The position numbers were made by a program, and so were the translations under genes. A stretch of DNA of 64,000 bases from Candidatus Freyarchaeum deiterrae (lineage in GTDB: Archaea > Asgardarchaeota > Jordiarchaeia > Jordiarchaeales > Jordiarchaeaceae). The DNA is taken from the NCBI GenBank assembly GCA_037305845.1, contig CP147778.1, forward strand, positions 2,624,001-2,688,000. Reading direction: 5' to 3'. The notes below the pieces were generated by a model, which was given only the letters and a program-made list of their open reading frames with translations, was not told where the DNA came from and did not search any database. Numbering within the stretch: position 1 is the first letter of the stretch; each line of letters opens with the position of its first letter. Positions 18,391-28,638 of this stretch are shown piece by piece.

Positions 18391-20904
18391 ATGCAGGCAA
18401 TAATATTGGCTGGAGGAGCCGGAACTCGGTTAAGGCCTCTGACGGTTAATGTACCTAAGCCTCTGGTTCCGGTTGGCGATATTCCCATTATGGAGCACAT
18501 GATAAGACTTTTGAAGAGATATGGTATAAAGGACATAATTATATCGTTGGGATATATGAGTGAGAAGATTGAGCAGTATTTTGGTGATGGTTCAAGTCAC
18601 GGAGTTAAGCTACTTTATTCCTATGAGAAGACCCCTCTGGGGCCTGCGGGAGGAGTTAGACATGCTCGAGAACTTATTTCGGGCAGGTTTATCGTTGCCG
18701 CTTCGGATCTTTTGACCGATATTAACTTGTCTAATTTTGTGTCGGAGCACCAGAAAAGAGGGACTATAGCTTCGATAGCGTTAACTAGATCCGTTAGCCC
18801 TACCGCGTTCGGCATTGTTTTTTTGAATGATGACGGTTACATAACGCGTTTCCTTGAGAAACCAGCTTGGGGGGAGGTTTTCAGCGATATAATAAATGCG
18901 GGTATCTATGTTTTGGAGCCCGAGATTTTGGATATGATACCCGAGGGCGGAGAATATGATTTCAGCAAGGACCTTTTTCCAAAAATGGTTTCCGAGAATA
19001 AGGAATTGTTTGGATACACTATTAAAAATTATTGGCTGGATGTTGGGACTCCGCAAAAATATCTGGAAGCCAACTATGATGTTCTTAAGGGTTCGGTTAA
19101 AGTGGATTTACCTCATAAGAAGGTTAAGGATGGATTATGGATAGGGGAAGGGGCCAAGATTGATGATGATTGTGAAATTTATCCACCAGCAATAATTGGA
19201 GACTCCTGCCGTATAAGTAAGGGAGCGGTTATTGATCGTTTCAGTGTGATTGGTCCTGGCTGTTATGTGGGCGAGGGAGCTAGGATAAGTCGTTCCGTTG
19301 TTTGGGGTAATTCTTCTATACATAAATCTGCCTCGCTTCGTTCCTGTGTAATAGGTGCGAGGTGTGAGGTGGGTGAGAAGAGCAGTGTACTTGATGGAGC
19401 AATTATTGGTGATGACTGTATTCTGGGTCCAGAGAGTCTGGTGCAAGAAAACGTTCTTATCTGGCCTGATAAGGTGGTTCAGAAGAATGCTATCGTTAAC
19501 ATGAATATAATGTGGGGAGTGACCTGGAAGAAGAGCCTTTTTGGAGATTACGGCATCACTGGTGTTTCAAACTTGGAAATCACGCCGGAATTCGCTACCA
19601 AACTTGGGGCGGCGTTCGGAACTTACTTGGGGGAGGGTTCAAAAGTGATAATTGGCAGGGATACTTACCTGATATCCCGAATGATTAAGAGAGCTTTGAT
19701 AGCTGGGCTTCAGTCTGTGGGGGTGAATGTTTATAATGTTAGAGTGCTACCCACGCCTTTGATAGAGGAGGCTGTTAGAAGCTTTAAAGCTGAGGGTGGG
19801 GTATCACTAAGCGTTCCCCGCGAAAATGAGAACCTGATCAACATTAGAATGTTTGACTCCGAAGGAATAGATCTGAATGAGAGTCAGCAGAAAAAGGTGG
19901 AGGACATTTTCTTTAAAGAAGCCTTTAAGCGGAGCCAGCCTGTCGGTGTGGGTGACATACTTTATCCCACGCGTTTTGTAGAATCCTACCTAGAATATTC
20001 TCGGAACTTTCTGGACACAAAACTGTTATCCTCCTCCAAAAAGCGTGTCGTAATAGACTGTGCCGACGGAAGCAGCTCGATGATTGCACCCCCGTTCATC
20101 CGGGAACTGGGGTTCGAAGTTGTCACACTCAACGCGTTTCTTGGGGACTCTTTTCCCAAAAGATCTACTCCCTCCGCTCCCGATTCTCTCTTCACCCTCA
20201 AAAAGACGGTGAAAGCCCTAGATGCGGACCTAGGTGCAACCTTCGACAGTGATGCGGATAGAGTGTTATTTGTTGACGAGAAAGGTGAGGTGATGAGTGG
20301 GGACACCTCGGTGGCTCTTTTAGCCCAAGCGGCTTTAACCGAATATGGGAAAGATAATAAAATAGCTGTGCCAATCAGCACTAGCCAAATTGTGGATTTG
20401 ATAGTTTCCGAGTACGGAGGAACAATGATTCGAACCAAGCTGGGGTTAAGACCACTAGCGGAGGCTGTGATACGAAACAAGGCAATATTCGGAGGAGAGG
20501 AATCCGGAGGCTTCATCTTTCCAAGGTTACACCCCTTCCGTGACGGTGTAATAAGCATCGCTAAGCTTCTCGAATTTCTAGCAAGAACAAAACAAAACCT
20601 CTCAGAGATAACAAAAGAAATCCCAAGATTCTACACTATGAAAGAATCCATATCAACCCCCATACAACATAGAGGATTAATTATGCGAAGAATCCTCGAG
20701 GACGCAGAAGGAGAAACATTCGACACAATTGATGGAATAAAAATATACCTTGATAAGGGTTGGGTTCTAATCCGCCCCTCATCAGATGATCCTGTGTTCG
20801 ACATTTTCGCAGAGTCGCAAACTGAGCAAAAAGCCCAGGAACTTATCAAAACCTACAAGAAAGAAATACAAGAAATCCTATCAGAAACTGAAAAAGCCAT
20901 ATAA
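18391..20904 (+). CDS. NDP-sugar (mannose-1-P guanylyl)transferase + hexapeptide repeats + phosphohexomutase-like fusion
   Basis: ILAGGAGTRLRPLT...PKP; left-handed beta-helix region; PGM/PMM domains with DSDADR and GGEESG. Confidence 0.9.
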   Translation: MQAIILAGGAGTRLRPLTVNVPKPLVPVGDIPIMEHMIRLLKRYGIKDIIISLGYMSEKIEQYFGDGSSHGVKLLYSYEKTPLGPAGGVRHARELISGRFIVAASDLLTDINLSNFVSEHQKRGTIASIALTRSVSPTAFGIVFLNDDGYITRFLEKPAWGEVFSDIINAGIYVLEPEILDMIPEGGEYDFSKDLFPKMVSENKELFGYTIKNYWLDVGTPQKYLEANYDVLKGSVKVDLPHKKVKDGLWIGEGAKIDDDCEIYPPAIIGDSCRISKGAVIDRFSVIGPGCYVGEGARISRSVVWGNSSIHKSASLRSCVIGARCEVGEKSSVLDGAIIGDDCILGPESLVQENVLIWPDKVVQKNAIVNMNIMWGVTWKKSLFGDYGITGVSNLEITPEFATKLGAAFGTYLGEGSKVIIGRDTYLISRMIKRALIAGLQSVGVNVYNVRVLPTPLIEEAVRSFKAEGGVSLSVPRENENLINIRMFDSEGIDLNESQQKKVEDIFFKEAFKRSQPVGVGDILYPTRFVESYLEYSRNFLDTKLLSSSKKRVVIDCADGSSSMIAPPFIRELGFEVVTLNAFLGDSFPKRSTPSAPDSLFTLKKTVKALDADLGATFDSDADRVLFVDEKGEVMSGDTSVALLAQAALTEYGKDNKIAVPISTSQIVDLIVSEYGGTMIRTKLGLRPLAEAVIRNKAIFGGEESGGFIFPRLHPFRDGVISIAKLLEFLARTKQNLSEITKEIPRFYTMKESISTPIQHRGLIMRRILEDAEGETFDTIDGIKIYLDKGWVLIRPSSDDPVFDIFAESQTEQKAQELIKTYKKEIQEILSETEKAI

Positions 20905-21092
20905 CATGAAAAATCGACCGCAAATAAGAAAGAGCAGAAAAGAAAAGTGTGAGAACACAGAACCAGGTGTTTAGACCTAAACTAAAAAACTACATTTTAA
21001 AATAATCAAAAATTGGAAACTTAACAAACTGTGTGGAGTGGTTTGTTTCTCAAGGTTTAGGGTAGAGTAAAGTAGAGTAAATCTAATTCCTT

Positions 21093-21650
21093 TTATTGAC
21101 TCTTTTTCTTGGGTTTTATTTGTGTTGTGAATGATTCTAGAACTATTGTGGATAGAATTTCGAAATAAGCTCCCGGGGGTTCAGGTGCACCCTTGACTCC
21201 TCTTCCCGTGTAACTTTGCTCCTTGGCTTTCTCTCTTCCCACAATCTTGATGGTCTCATCCGCAATTTTACCTAGGGACGAGTCTTCCCAAGATGTTATA
21301 GCAACAATATTTCCTTTAGATTCCTTGGTTGCTTTCGCCACAGCTAAAACTTCGCTTGTTTCACCACTACCAGAAACGGCGATAAGCAGATCTCCCTCTA
21401 CTATTGGAGGAACTAGGTCTACCATCTCGATGCTTATAAAGTAAATCTTGTAGCCCTTCTGGAGTAAACGCATTGCAAGCATCATACCCGCAAAAGAAGA
21501 CCTTCCCTTACCGGTAACAAAAATTCTGTTCGCATTTTTGATATACTCCTCAAGTCTTACGAAGTCATCAAAGTTGATTAACTTCATGTTTTCGTGCAAT
21601 TTTTCGAAAGTGCTGTTTATCGCCTCTATAAGACCATCATTTTTTCCCAT
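21093..21650 (-). CDS. hxlB: SIS-domain protein, 6-phospho-3-hexuloisomerase-like
   Basis: TGKGRS, LAMRL, AVSGSGET motifs. Confidence 0.8.
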   Translation of the reverse strand: MGKNDGLIEAINSTFEKLHENMKLINFDDFVRLEEYIKNANRIFVTGKGRSSFAGMMLAMRLLQKGYKIYFISIEMVDLVPPIVEGDLLIAVSGSGETSEVLAVAKATKESKGNIVAITSWEDSSLGKIADETIKIVGREKAKEQSYTGRGVKGAPEPPGAYFEILSTIVLESFTTQIKPKKKSQ

Positions 21651-21899
21651 TCTTGTAACCTCCTAAAAGTCCATGGACTTCCAATACCTTTCCTTTTATA
21701 TAACATAAGAATTATTTAATTCCCTTCTAACATACTCTATTAAACTTTTTCATTTTTCCAATCCCAGTTGCCCTTAAAAAAGAATTAACCGAAATCATAA
21801 TAATAATTAAAAAACCCAACACTCACAACGTTTTATACTTTTCTTAAGAATTTAAATTTAAATAAGATAAACTGGTATTCCAAGTGGATATTGACAATT

Positions 21900-22328
21900 C
21901 TACAACGCTTTCTCCATTTTTTTAAACGCGTCATCAAGTTTGGATTTTTTATCCTTATCTTTTTCCTTCACGAGTTTTTCAAGAGTGTAGAACTCTGATA
22001 GGGCGGGAAGCCGGCCCCTGAGGTTTATTGCTGCGAGCCGTGATATGTGAGAGTCTTCCATGATAACTATGACTCCAGTTTTATCTGTGACCTTCAAGAG
22101 GAAGGAGATGCTGTTGTTTATGCTGTCTCCTATATGCATTCCTGATAAAGGGAACTTTTCGTAATAGTCAAGAAACTCCTTTGAAACATTTCCCTTTTCA
22201 CCCCAAACCCTGTGTTCTATGTCAACTATAGCTACTGCTAATGGTTTCCTGCTACCAGTGTTCAGCTCAACAAGCTCAATTAGCCTTTCTGTGTTGATTT
22301 CTCCACTCAAGGATTTAACCTCACACAT
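21900..22328 (-). CDS. Hypothetical protein, paralog 1 of tandem triplet (roadblock/profilin-like pattern)
   Basis: Strong identity to 22532-22900 and 23132-23536. Confidence 0.75.
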   Translation of the reverse strand: MCEVKSLSGEINTERLIELVELNTGSRKPLAVAIVDIEHRVWGEKGNVSKEFLDYYEKFPLSGMHIGDSINNSISFLLKVTDKTGVIVIMEDSHISRLAAINLRGRLPALSEFYTLEKLVKEKDKDKKSKLDDAFKKMEKAL

Positions 22329-22512
22329 GTCGTTAATGTAAATATGTATTTACATTTTATATATGTTTGTTTGATGACAAATTGTATGGACATAAAAAAA
22401 ATAAATAAATTTTGGCTTAATTTATTTGGATTATTCATCATTCAGGAAGCCGAGTATAAACACACGGGTGAATGGTGTTATAATTGAAGAAGGTTTTTGT
22501 GACTAGGCCAAT

Positions 22513-22535
22513 CCCTTCAGGGTAGGGTAGTTCAC
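22513..22535 (+). mobile_element. IS200/IS605-type right-end remnant
   Basis: CCCTTCAGGGTAGGGTAGTTCAC resembles the subterminal hairpin + TCAC right end of IS200/IS605 elements. Confidence 0.5.
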
Positions 22536-22900
22536 TTGATGAATTTCTCGAGAGTGTAGAACTCTGATAGGGCGGGAAGCCGGCCCCTGAGATTTACTTC
22601 GGCGAGCCTAGATATCCGTGGATCCCCCAAAATAACTAAGGCTCCCGTTTTCTCAGTGACTTTCATGAGGAAGGAGCCACTGTTGTTAATGCTTTCCCCT
22701 ACATTCATCTCTGATAGAGGAAATCTCTTGTAGTATTTGAAAAACTCCTTTGAAACATTTCCCTTTTTACCCCAAACGTTGTAGTTTAAGTCAACTATGG
22801 CCAACGCTATGGGCTTCCATTTACCAACGTTGAGCTCAACGAGATCAATAAGCCTATTTACAACAGTTTCTTCACTCAAGGAAAATCCTCTCTCTCTCAA
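22532..22900 (-). CDS. Hypothetical protein, paralog 2 (C-terminal tail missing)
   Basis: Paralog of its neighbours; ends at EKFIK exactly at the IS-end-like motif. Confidence 0.75.
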   Translation of the reverse strand: MRERGFSLSEETVVNRLIDLVELNVGKWKPIALAIVDLNYNVWGKKGNVSKEFFKYYKRFPLSEMNVGESINNSGSFLMKVTEKTGALVILGDPRISRLAEVNLRGRLPALSEFYTLEKFIK

Positions 22901-23131
22901 AATTAATTAATCTAAGTAAAATGCTGACATGTTATATATCTATTTTACGGTGATAAATTACAAAAGGATAGCATTAGCGTGAAAATTTCCAAGTAAGTTA
23001 TTCGTCGGTTAACAAAAGTCACAACTAAACGCGCCAAAAAATAATCAGAAACTACTAAAATTTTTATAATCTACAATCTCGTCATTGCAATTCTGAGAAG
23101 GCTCATCCATTCAAACGCCTATTATGATTGT

Positions 23132-23536
23132 CTACCACATTGTCTTCTCATTTTTTCGCGCATTGCCCAATGTGGTTTCTTTCTCCTTTTGCTTGACGAA
23201 TTTTTCGATATTGTGGAACTGTGATAGCGCGTTGAGCCGGCTTCTAAGGTTTATTGTGGAGAGCCTTGATATGGTTGGGTTTCCCATAATAACTATGACT
23301 CCGGTTTTATCTGTGACCTTCATCAGGAAGGAGTTGCTGTTGTTAATACTGTCTCCAACATGCAAGCCTGATAGAGGGAAAGTCTTGTAGCAGTTGAGAA
23401 ACTCCTCCGGAACGCTTCCCTTCTCACCCCAAACCTTGTAGTTTACGTCAACTATTGCTACCGCTACAGGCTTCCAATTACCAACGTTCCGCTCAACGAG
23501 CTCAATCAGCTGGTCCACATTAATTTCCTCGACCAA
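23132..23536 (-). CDS. Hypothetical protein, paralog 3
   Basis: Paralog of the two genes at lower coordinates; TTG start with GAGGGTG SD. Confidence 0.75.
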   Translation of the reverse strand: MVEEINVDQLIELVERNVGNWKPVAVAIVDVNYKVWGEKGSVPEEFLNCYKTFPLSGLHVGDSINNSNSFLMKVTDKTGVIVIMGNPTISRLSTINLRSRLNALSQFHNIEKFVKQKEKETTLGNARKNEKTMW

Positions 23537-23619
23537 GTGAACACCCTCTTCTCATAATAATGTGAATAAAATATTATAAGCTATATATGTCTTTTATGGT
23601 AATAAATTATAAGGGCAAT

Positions 23620-24088
23620 GAAAAATTAGGTAGATTTTAGCCTTAAAAGAACTATTCCGAGAAATAATGATCCCTGAAGGAGTCCATAGAGAGGTAGTAA
23701 TCGAAGGCTGGGGTCTTCCGGGTTCCTTGGAGACTTCGGAAGCGATAAGAACAGATTTAATAAAAGTTGTTCAGGTCATGGATAAGGAAAAAGCTAGAGA
23801 GATAATGGAAGAGTATAAGTGAGTTTAAGTAATGCTGAGGTAATTCAACTGGCTAAGGAAATAAATGCTACAATTGTTTTGGCAAACGAAGAGGAAATAA
23901 GAGAGGCAGCTGAATCTTCTGGATTTAAAGTAAGAGGTTGTTTGGGTGTATTAATTGAGGCGGTAAAAAATAAAATTATATCTCCTCGGCAAGCAATACA
24001 AGATATTGATAATTTAGTAAAGTCTGGTTATCGAATAAGTGATGACATAATTAATAACATAAAGGAGAATTTGCGGAGGCTGAAATAA
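23620..24088 (+). pseudogene. DUF3368-like PIN toxin, 5'-decayed and frameshifted
   Basis: Upstream frame LKELFREIMIPEGVHREVV...EEYK* shifts at ~23818 into VSLSNAEVIQLAKE...GCLGVLIEA; no intact N-terminus. Confidence 0.7.
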
Positions 24089-24306
24089 TGAATGTTACTC
24101 CGGCGATTCCAGAGAGAATACGAGAGAAGTTCTTAAAAGAGATATTAGAAATGTACGCTCAAGGCGAGCTGTCGGCAAGTAGAGCATCACAAATGCTAGG
24201 AGTGCCCAGAGCTGCTTTCTATAAGATTCTAGCTGAAACAAACACCCCTTTACCGAAGAAACTGAATGAGAGCATCAAAAGGGAACTCAAAGAGTTACTA
24301 AAGTGA
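24088..24306 (+). CDS. UPF0175-like antitoxin
   Basis: MYAQGELSASRASQMLGVPRAAF HTH; adjacent to the DUF3368-like gene. Confidence 0.75.
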   Translation: MNVTPAIPERIREKFLKEILEMYAQGELSASRASQMLGVPRAAFYKILAETNTPLPKKLNESIKRELKELLK

Positions 24307-24628
24307 AAGAAACAAAGCCTTGAGAGATAGAATTCCTCCCTGTCTCGCTAATTCCCACGTTTTAGAATACAGAAAAATTCAAGCTGAAATGAAAGCTGCT
24401 TATGAATTCTTTTGTTCATTTTATAAGATTAATAGGCCAAGAGGCTAGGTTTCTGAAAGGATTGTGCTATTCTTGAAACCTTGCTAAAATATTCAACCCA
24501 GATTTTCAACCAGTCATACTATTATAAAAAAGGTTAATAAACTGGAAGTTTCACTAAGTTAGAAAACACAAGATCAAAATATCGGGATTAGAAATTAAGG
24601 AAACCAAAAGCTGAAAGGAGGGGCTTAA

Positions 24629-25621
24629 TTGAAAAAAGTTCTTGTGTCTCGGATGCTCCCCGAAATGGCGTTCCAGATTCTGGGCCAGACTGCGAATGTT
24701 GAAGCAGATTTTAGGTACATGCCTGATAATAAGGCGGAATTACTGAAAGAATTGAGAGACACGAATGGACTCTTAGTGTTGCCACAGAGTGTAATCGATT
24801 CTGAGATTCTTAACGCCGCTAAGAAGCTTGAGGTAATATCACTTATTGGAGTAGGTTATGAAAACATTAATTTGGAGGAGGCGTCGAGGAAAAAAATTCC
24901 CGTGGCTTACACTCCAGTTTCCGCGAAATGCGTGGCAGAACATACCTTCGCTCTGATTCTGGCAGTATCTCGAGGCATTGTTTTGGCAGACGGTTATGTT
25001 AGGTCAGGAGAATGGAAGGAGCTGGTTCCAATGGTTGAGCCGGGCACCGATCTTTCCGGAAAAACTCTCGGCATAGTTGGGCTGGGAAGAATTGGAAGCG
25101 AAGTGGCTAAGAGAGCCAAGTGCTTCGAAATGAACGTGGTTTACTATGATGTCGAGCGTAACAAAGACAAAGAAAAGGAGTTAAACGCAAAATTCGTTTC
25201 CCTAGATGAGCTGTTGTCCTCATCGGATTTTGTAACACTGCATACCCTCTTAACTTCTCAAAACAAACACATGATAGGTGAAGAGGAATTTAAAAAAATG
25301 AAGCCCTCAGCATATATCATAAACGCTTCCCGGGGACAAATCATAGATCAGAACGCTCTATACGAAGCCCTAATCCAAGGGAAGATTAAAGGCGCTGCAC
25401 TGGACGTTTATGAAAAAGAACCGGTACCCGCTGATGACCCTCTTCTAAAACTGAAAAATGTGGTCTTCACACCCCACATAGCAGCCAACACTGTAGAAAT
25501 TAGAATTAGTATGTTTCTTGCGGCTGTTCAGAACCTAGGGCAAGCATTGAGCGGAGAAAACCCAAAGTATCTAGTAAATCCTGAGGTGCTACCGAGCAAA
25601 AAATCATCGAAACCGAAGTAA
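24629..25621 (+). CDS. D-2-hydroxyacid dehydrogenase (glyoxylate reductase/glycerate dehydrogenase-like)
   Basis: GIVGLGRIG, INASRG, LDVYEKEP, TPHIA. Confidence 0.92.
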   Translation: MKKVLVSRMLPEMAFQILGQTANVEADFRYMPDNKAELLKELRDTNGLLVLPQSVIDSEILNAAKKLEVISLIGVGYENINLEEASRKKIPVAYTPVSAKCVAEHTFALILAVSRGIVLADGYVRSGEWKELVPMVEPGTDLSGKTLGIVGLGRIGSEVAKRAKCFEMNVVYYDVERNKDKEKELNAKFVSLDELLSSSDFVTLHTLLTSQNKHMIGEEEFKKMKPSAYIINASRGQIIDQNALYEALIQGKIKGAALDVYEKEPVPADDPLLKLKNVVFTPHIAANTVEIRISMFLAAVQNLGQALSGENPKYLVNPEVLPSKKSSKPK

Positions 25622-25791
25622 ATCATGTTTGCCAATAAACTTTTTAACAGCCTGTCAGGCCGAATCACTTTTTTAGAAAATGGCAAAATTTTTATGAATA
25701 TCCATCCTTCTGAAAGGAGAGAAATATTTTGCATTTCTAAACAAAAATATGATGCATACAAATTATTGGATTATTTTTAGAGGTGGTGTGA

Positions 25792-27024
25792 TTGCCCAAA
25801 GAGGGTCACGTATCATTTGAGGATTTAAACATGAATTTTGGTTATAGCACTTTTGAAGGAAGCTTGTTTCTGTACACCGAGGAAGAAAACGAGTTCAGAC
25901 AAGAATTTAGAAAATTTGTAAAGAACGAAGTTGAACCCGTAGCCGACAGAATAGACCGAGAAGAGAATTTTGACCTTATTCACGGTACACTGAAAAAAAT
26001 GGGTAAAAAGGGATACCTAAGCTTAGCCTTCCCAGAGGAAATCGGAGGCGGCGGAAAAGGACTGGTTTACCGAACAATAATGGGAGAAGAATTAACAGCC
26101 CTAAACTACGCGACCGCTGTGACTTATGGAGCCAGCTGTGCGCTCTACGCTATGCCGATAATAAAACATGGTACACAGGAACAGCATGAGACGTTTCTAA
26201 AACCAATAATGAACGGAGAAAAAATTGGAGCAATAGCCATGACCGAACCCGGAGCAGGATGCGACGTTGTGGGAGGAATGCGGTGCAGCGCCAAAAGAAG
26301 CGAGGACGGATACGTTATCAACGGTGAGAAAAGATTCATAACAAACGGGTCGAAAGCAAGCTATCTTTTACTGTACGTGATAACCAATCCCAGCGTTAAG
26401 GCCAACCAAGGAATAAGCGCATTCATATTCCCCACTGACACCGAGGGATTCGAGGTAGTGAAGGACTATGAACTGATGGGAAGGCGGGGGTCAGTAAACT
26501 CTCTTCTAGCCTTCCATGATTGCTGGGTTCCCGAACAATGCCTCCTAGGCGAGGAAAACAAGGGCTTCAATATTCTGATGAGCGGTCTAGACGGCGAGAG
26601 AGTTTTCGCAACCAGCCAATACATGGGAATAGCAAGATCCGCATTCGAAGTAGCCCTAAAATACTCCGCTCAGAGAATGCAGTTCAAAAAAGCCATAAGC
26701 GAGTTCGAAGGAGTCAGCTTCAAACTGGCCGAAATGTACGCCAACATAGAGGCTTCAAGACTATTAGACCTCAGAGCCGCAAGAATGATCGACGCAGACC
26801 ACAAAGCCACAAAGGAAGCAGCAATCGCCAAATTCTTCACTACAGACATGGCAGTAAAAACCTGCACAGAAGCATTGCAAATACTGGGCGGAATAGGCTA
26901 CACAAAAGAGTATCCATTAGAAAGATACTTCAGAGACGTGAAAATTGGACAAATAAGCGCCGGAAGCTCCGAAATCATGAGGTTCCTCACCCAGAGGGAA
27001 CTATTCAGAGAGATTGGAGAATAA
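25792..27024 (+). CDS. Acyl-CoA dehydrogenase
   Basis: AMTEPGAGCD, NGEKRFITNG, QILGGIGY, ERYFRD. Confidence 0.95.
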   Translation: MPKEGHVSFEDLNMNFGYSTFEGSLFLYTEEENEFRQEFRKFVKNEVEPVADRIDREENFDLIHGTLKKMGKKGYLSLAFPEEIGGGGKGLVYRTIMGEELTALNYATAVTYGASCALYAMPIIKHGTQEQHETFLKPIMNGEKIGAIAMTEPGAGCDVVGGMRCSAKRSEDGYVINGEKRFITNGSKASYLLLYVITNPSVKANQGISAFIFPTDTEGFEVVKDYELMGRRGSVNSLLAFHDCWVPEQCLLGEENKGFNILMSGLDGERVFATSQYMGIARSAFEVALKYSAQRMQFKKAISEFEGVSFKLAEMYANIEASRLLDLRAARMIDADHKATKEAAIAKFFTTDMAVKTCTEALQILGGIGYTKEYPLERYFRDVKIGQISAGSSEIMRFLTQRELFREIGE

Positions 27025-27091
27025 ACTGATTGTTCAACAACAATATTCTCCAAAATTTTTATTTCTGTTTTTTTTTGGGAACTGTTTTTGT

Positions 27092-28252
27092 TTAGAACAT
27101 ATATTCCCAGGCTCTGTCTACGGCGAATTCTCGATTCTTGAGTATCTCCGCTTTGGTCATTTTTCCAGAGGCCACTACCTGTATTTCCTTGAGAATTCTT
27201 TCCCCCGATTCTTGTAAGGTTTCTTTGCCCTCTAGTACTGGGCTTACATCGATATCGAGATTATCACCCATTTTCTCGAAGGTGCGATGGTTACCGGTTA
27301 TTTTGATTACGGGAGCTATTGGGCTTCCCATGGGCGTGCCGAGACCGGTAGTGAACGTTATCAGCTGTGAACCTGCTGCTGCAAGACCTGTTATCGATTC
27401 AACGTCTCGCCCCGGTTCATCCATTAGATATAATCCTTTGCTTGGGGGTTTTTCCGCATACTCTAATAACCCTTGTACGGGTGAGTGCCCCGCCTTGCAG
27501 ATATTTCCCAGCGATTTTTCTTCTATGGTTGTTATTCCGCCTGCTATGTTCCCCGGGGTTGGTTGCGTGCCCCGGACATCAATTCCCAAGGATAGAACTT
27601 TGGATATGTATTTGTCTACTGTGGCGTAGATCTTTTTTGCAATCTCCTCGTTTACTGCTCTTTTTGCCAGCAGGTGTTCGGCTCCTATCCACTCTGTGGC
27701 TTCGGGAAGTATAGCCGTTCCACCCGCCTTAACAATCATGTCTGCGGCTACCCCGACTGCCGGGTTTGCTACTAGCCCCGAAGTTGCGTCTGATCCTCCG
27801 CACTTCAAGCCAAGAATCAGTTCGCTCAGGTCACATTTTTCTCTCTCAAACTCGGAGGCTTCTTCGGATAAGCCTAGCAGTATTTCCACTCCTCTCCTGG
27901 TCGCCTTAAGTGTTCCACCCTCATCTTGAATGTTTATGTACTGCACTGGTTTCTTGAATTTAGCGATCTCGTCGGCAACTAGTTTGGCTGGCACATTCTC
28001 GCACCCTAATCCCACAACCAGCGTGGCTGCAACGTTGGGGTTCCGTCCAAAACCCACAAAGGATGAAATCACTCGCATAAAATCTGCACCCAAATGCCCA
28101 CACCCCAACGGATGTGTAATATAAACCGCGCCTTCAACATCATTGGCTACGTTTACCGCAACCTGGTTAGCACAAACTACACTAGGAATTACCAAGAGGT
28201 GGTTTCTTGTTCCTACCGTTCCATCATCTCTTCTAAAACCTTGGAAACTCAT
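27092..28252 (-). CDS. UxaA/GarD/SuyB family dehydratase, large subunit
   Basis: GTRNH, SVVCAN, GLGCE, KCGGSD, GNIAGGITTIEEKSLG, FTTGLG. Confidence 0.9.
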   Translation of the reverse strand: MSFQGFRRDDGTVGTRNHLLVIPSVVCANQVAVNVANDVEGAVYITHPLGCGHLGADFMRVISSFVGFGRNPNVAATLVVGLGCENVPAKLVADEIAKFKKPVQYINIQDEGGTLKATRRGVEILLGLSEEASEFEREKCDLSELILGLKCGGSDATSGLVANPAVGVAADMIVKAGGTAILPEATEWIGAEHLLAKRAVNEEIAKKIYATVDKYISKVLSLGIDVRGTQPTPGNIAGGITTIEEKSLGNICKAGHSPVQGLLEYAEKPPSKGLYLMDEPGRDVESITGLAAAGSQLITFTTGLGTPMGSPIAPVIKITGNHRTFEKMGDNLDIDVSPVLEGKETLQESGERILKEIQVVASGKMTKAEILKNREFAVDRAWEYMF

Positions 28253-28557
28253 TTCCTTTCCCTTCTCTCCTGCACTAATTCTATAGAGTAGACACTTTCA
28301 ACGTTTTGAACATGGACATGCTCCCCTTCCTCTATCGGTTGGGTGGCTATCCCTATGACTTCACCGTATTTGATTACTTTGTCTCCTTTCGATATTTTGG
28401 ATACTGCAAACTTGTGTCCGAAAGGAATTTTCTGTTTCACCTTAATACTTCTCGTTTTTCCTCCTATAACTAAGGGGACACTTGTTCCCTGTTCCAGGTC
28501 TTCAATAACGGTTGCCACATTATCGTTGGGACCCATAACAAGTGCTTTATTAACCAT
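28249..28557 (-). CDS. UxaA N-terminal SAF-domain subunit (SuyA-like)
   Basis: DNVATV, IPFGHKFA, KYGEVIG, GEHVHVQN; ATGA overlap with the large subunit. Confidence 0.9.
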   Translation of the reverse strand: MVNKALVMGPNDNVATVIEDLEQGTSVPLVIGGKTRSIKVKQKIPFGHKFAVSKISKGDKVIKYGEVIGIATQPIEEGEHVHVQNVESVYSIELVQERRERK

Positions 28558-28638
28558 ACTAACTAAACTCTCCTCCAAAATAAATTCCCGTTTTTGAATA
28601 AATTCAAAATAGACACCACCTTGGTTCTTCCCTGGTGA

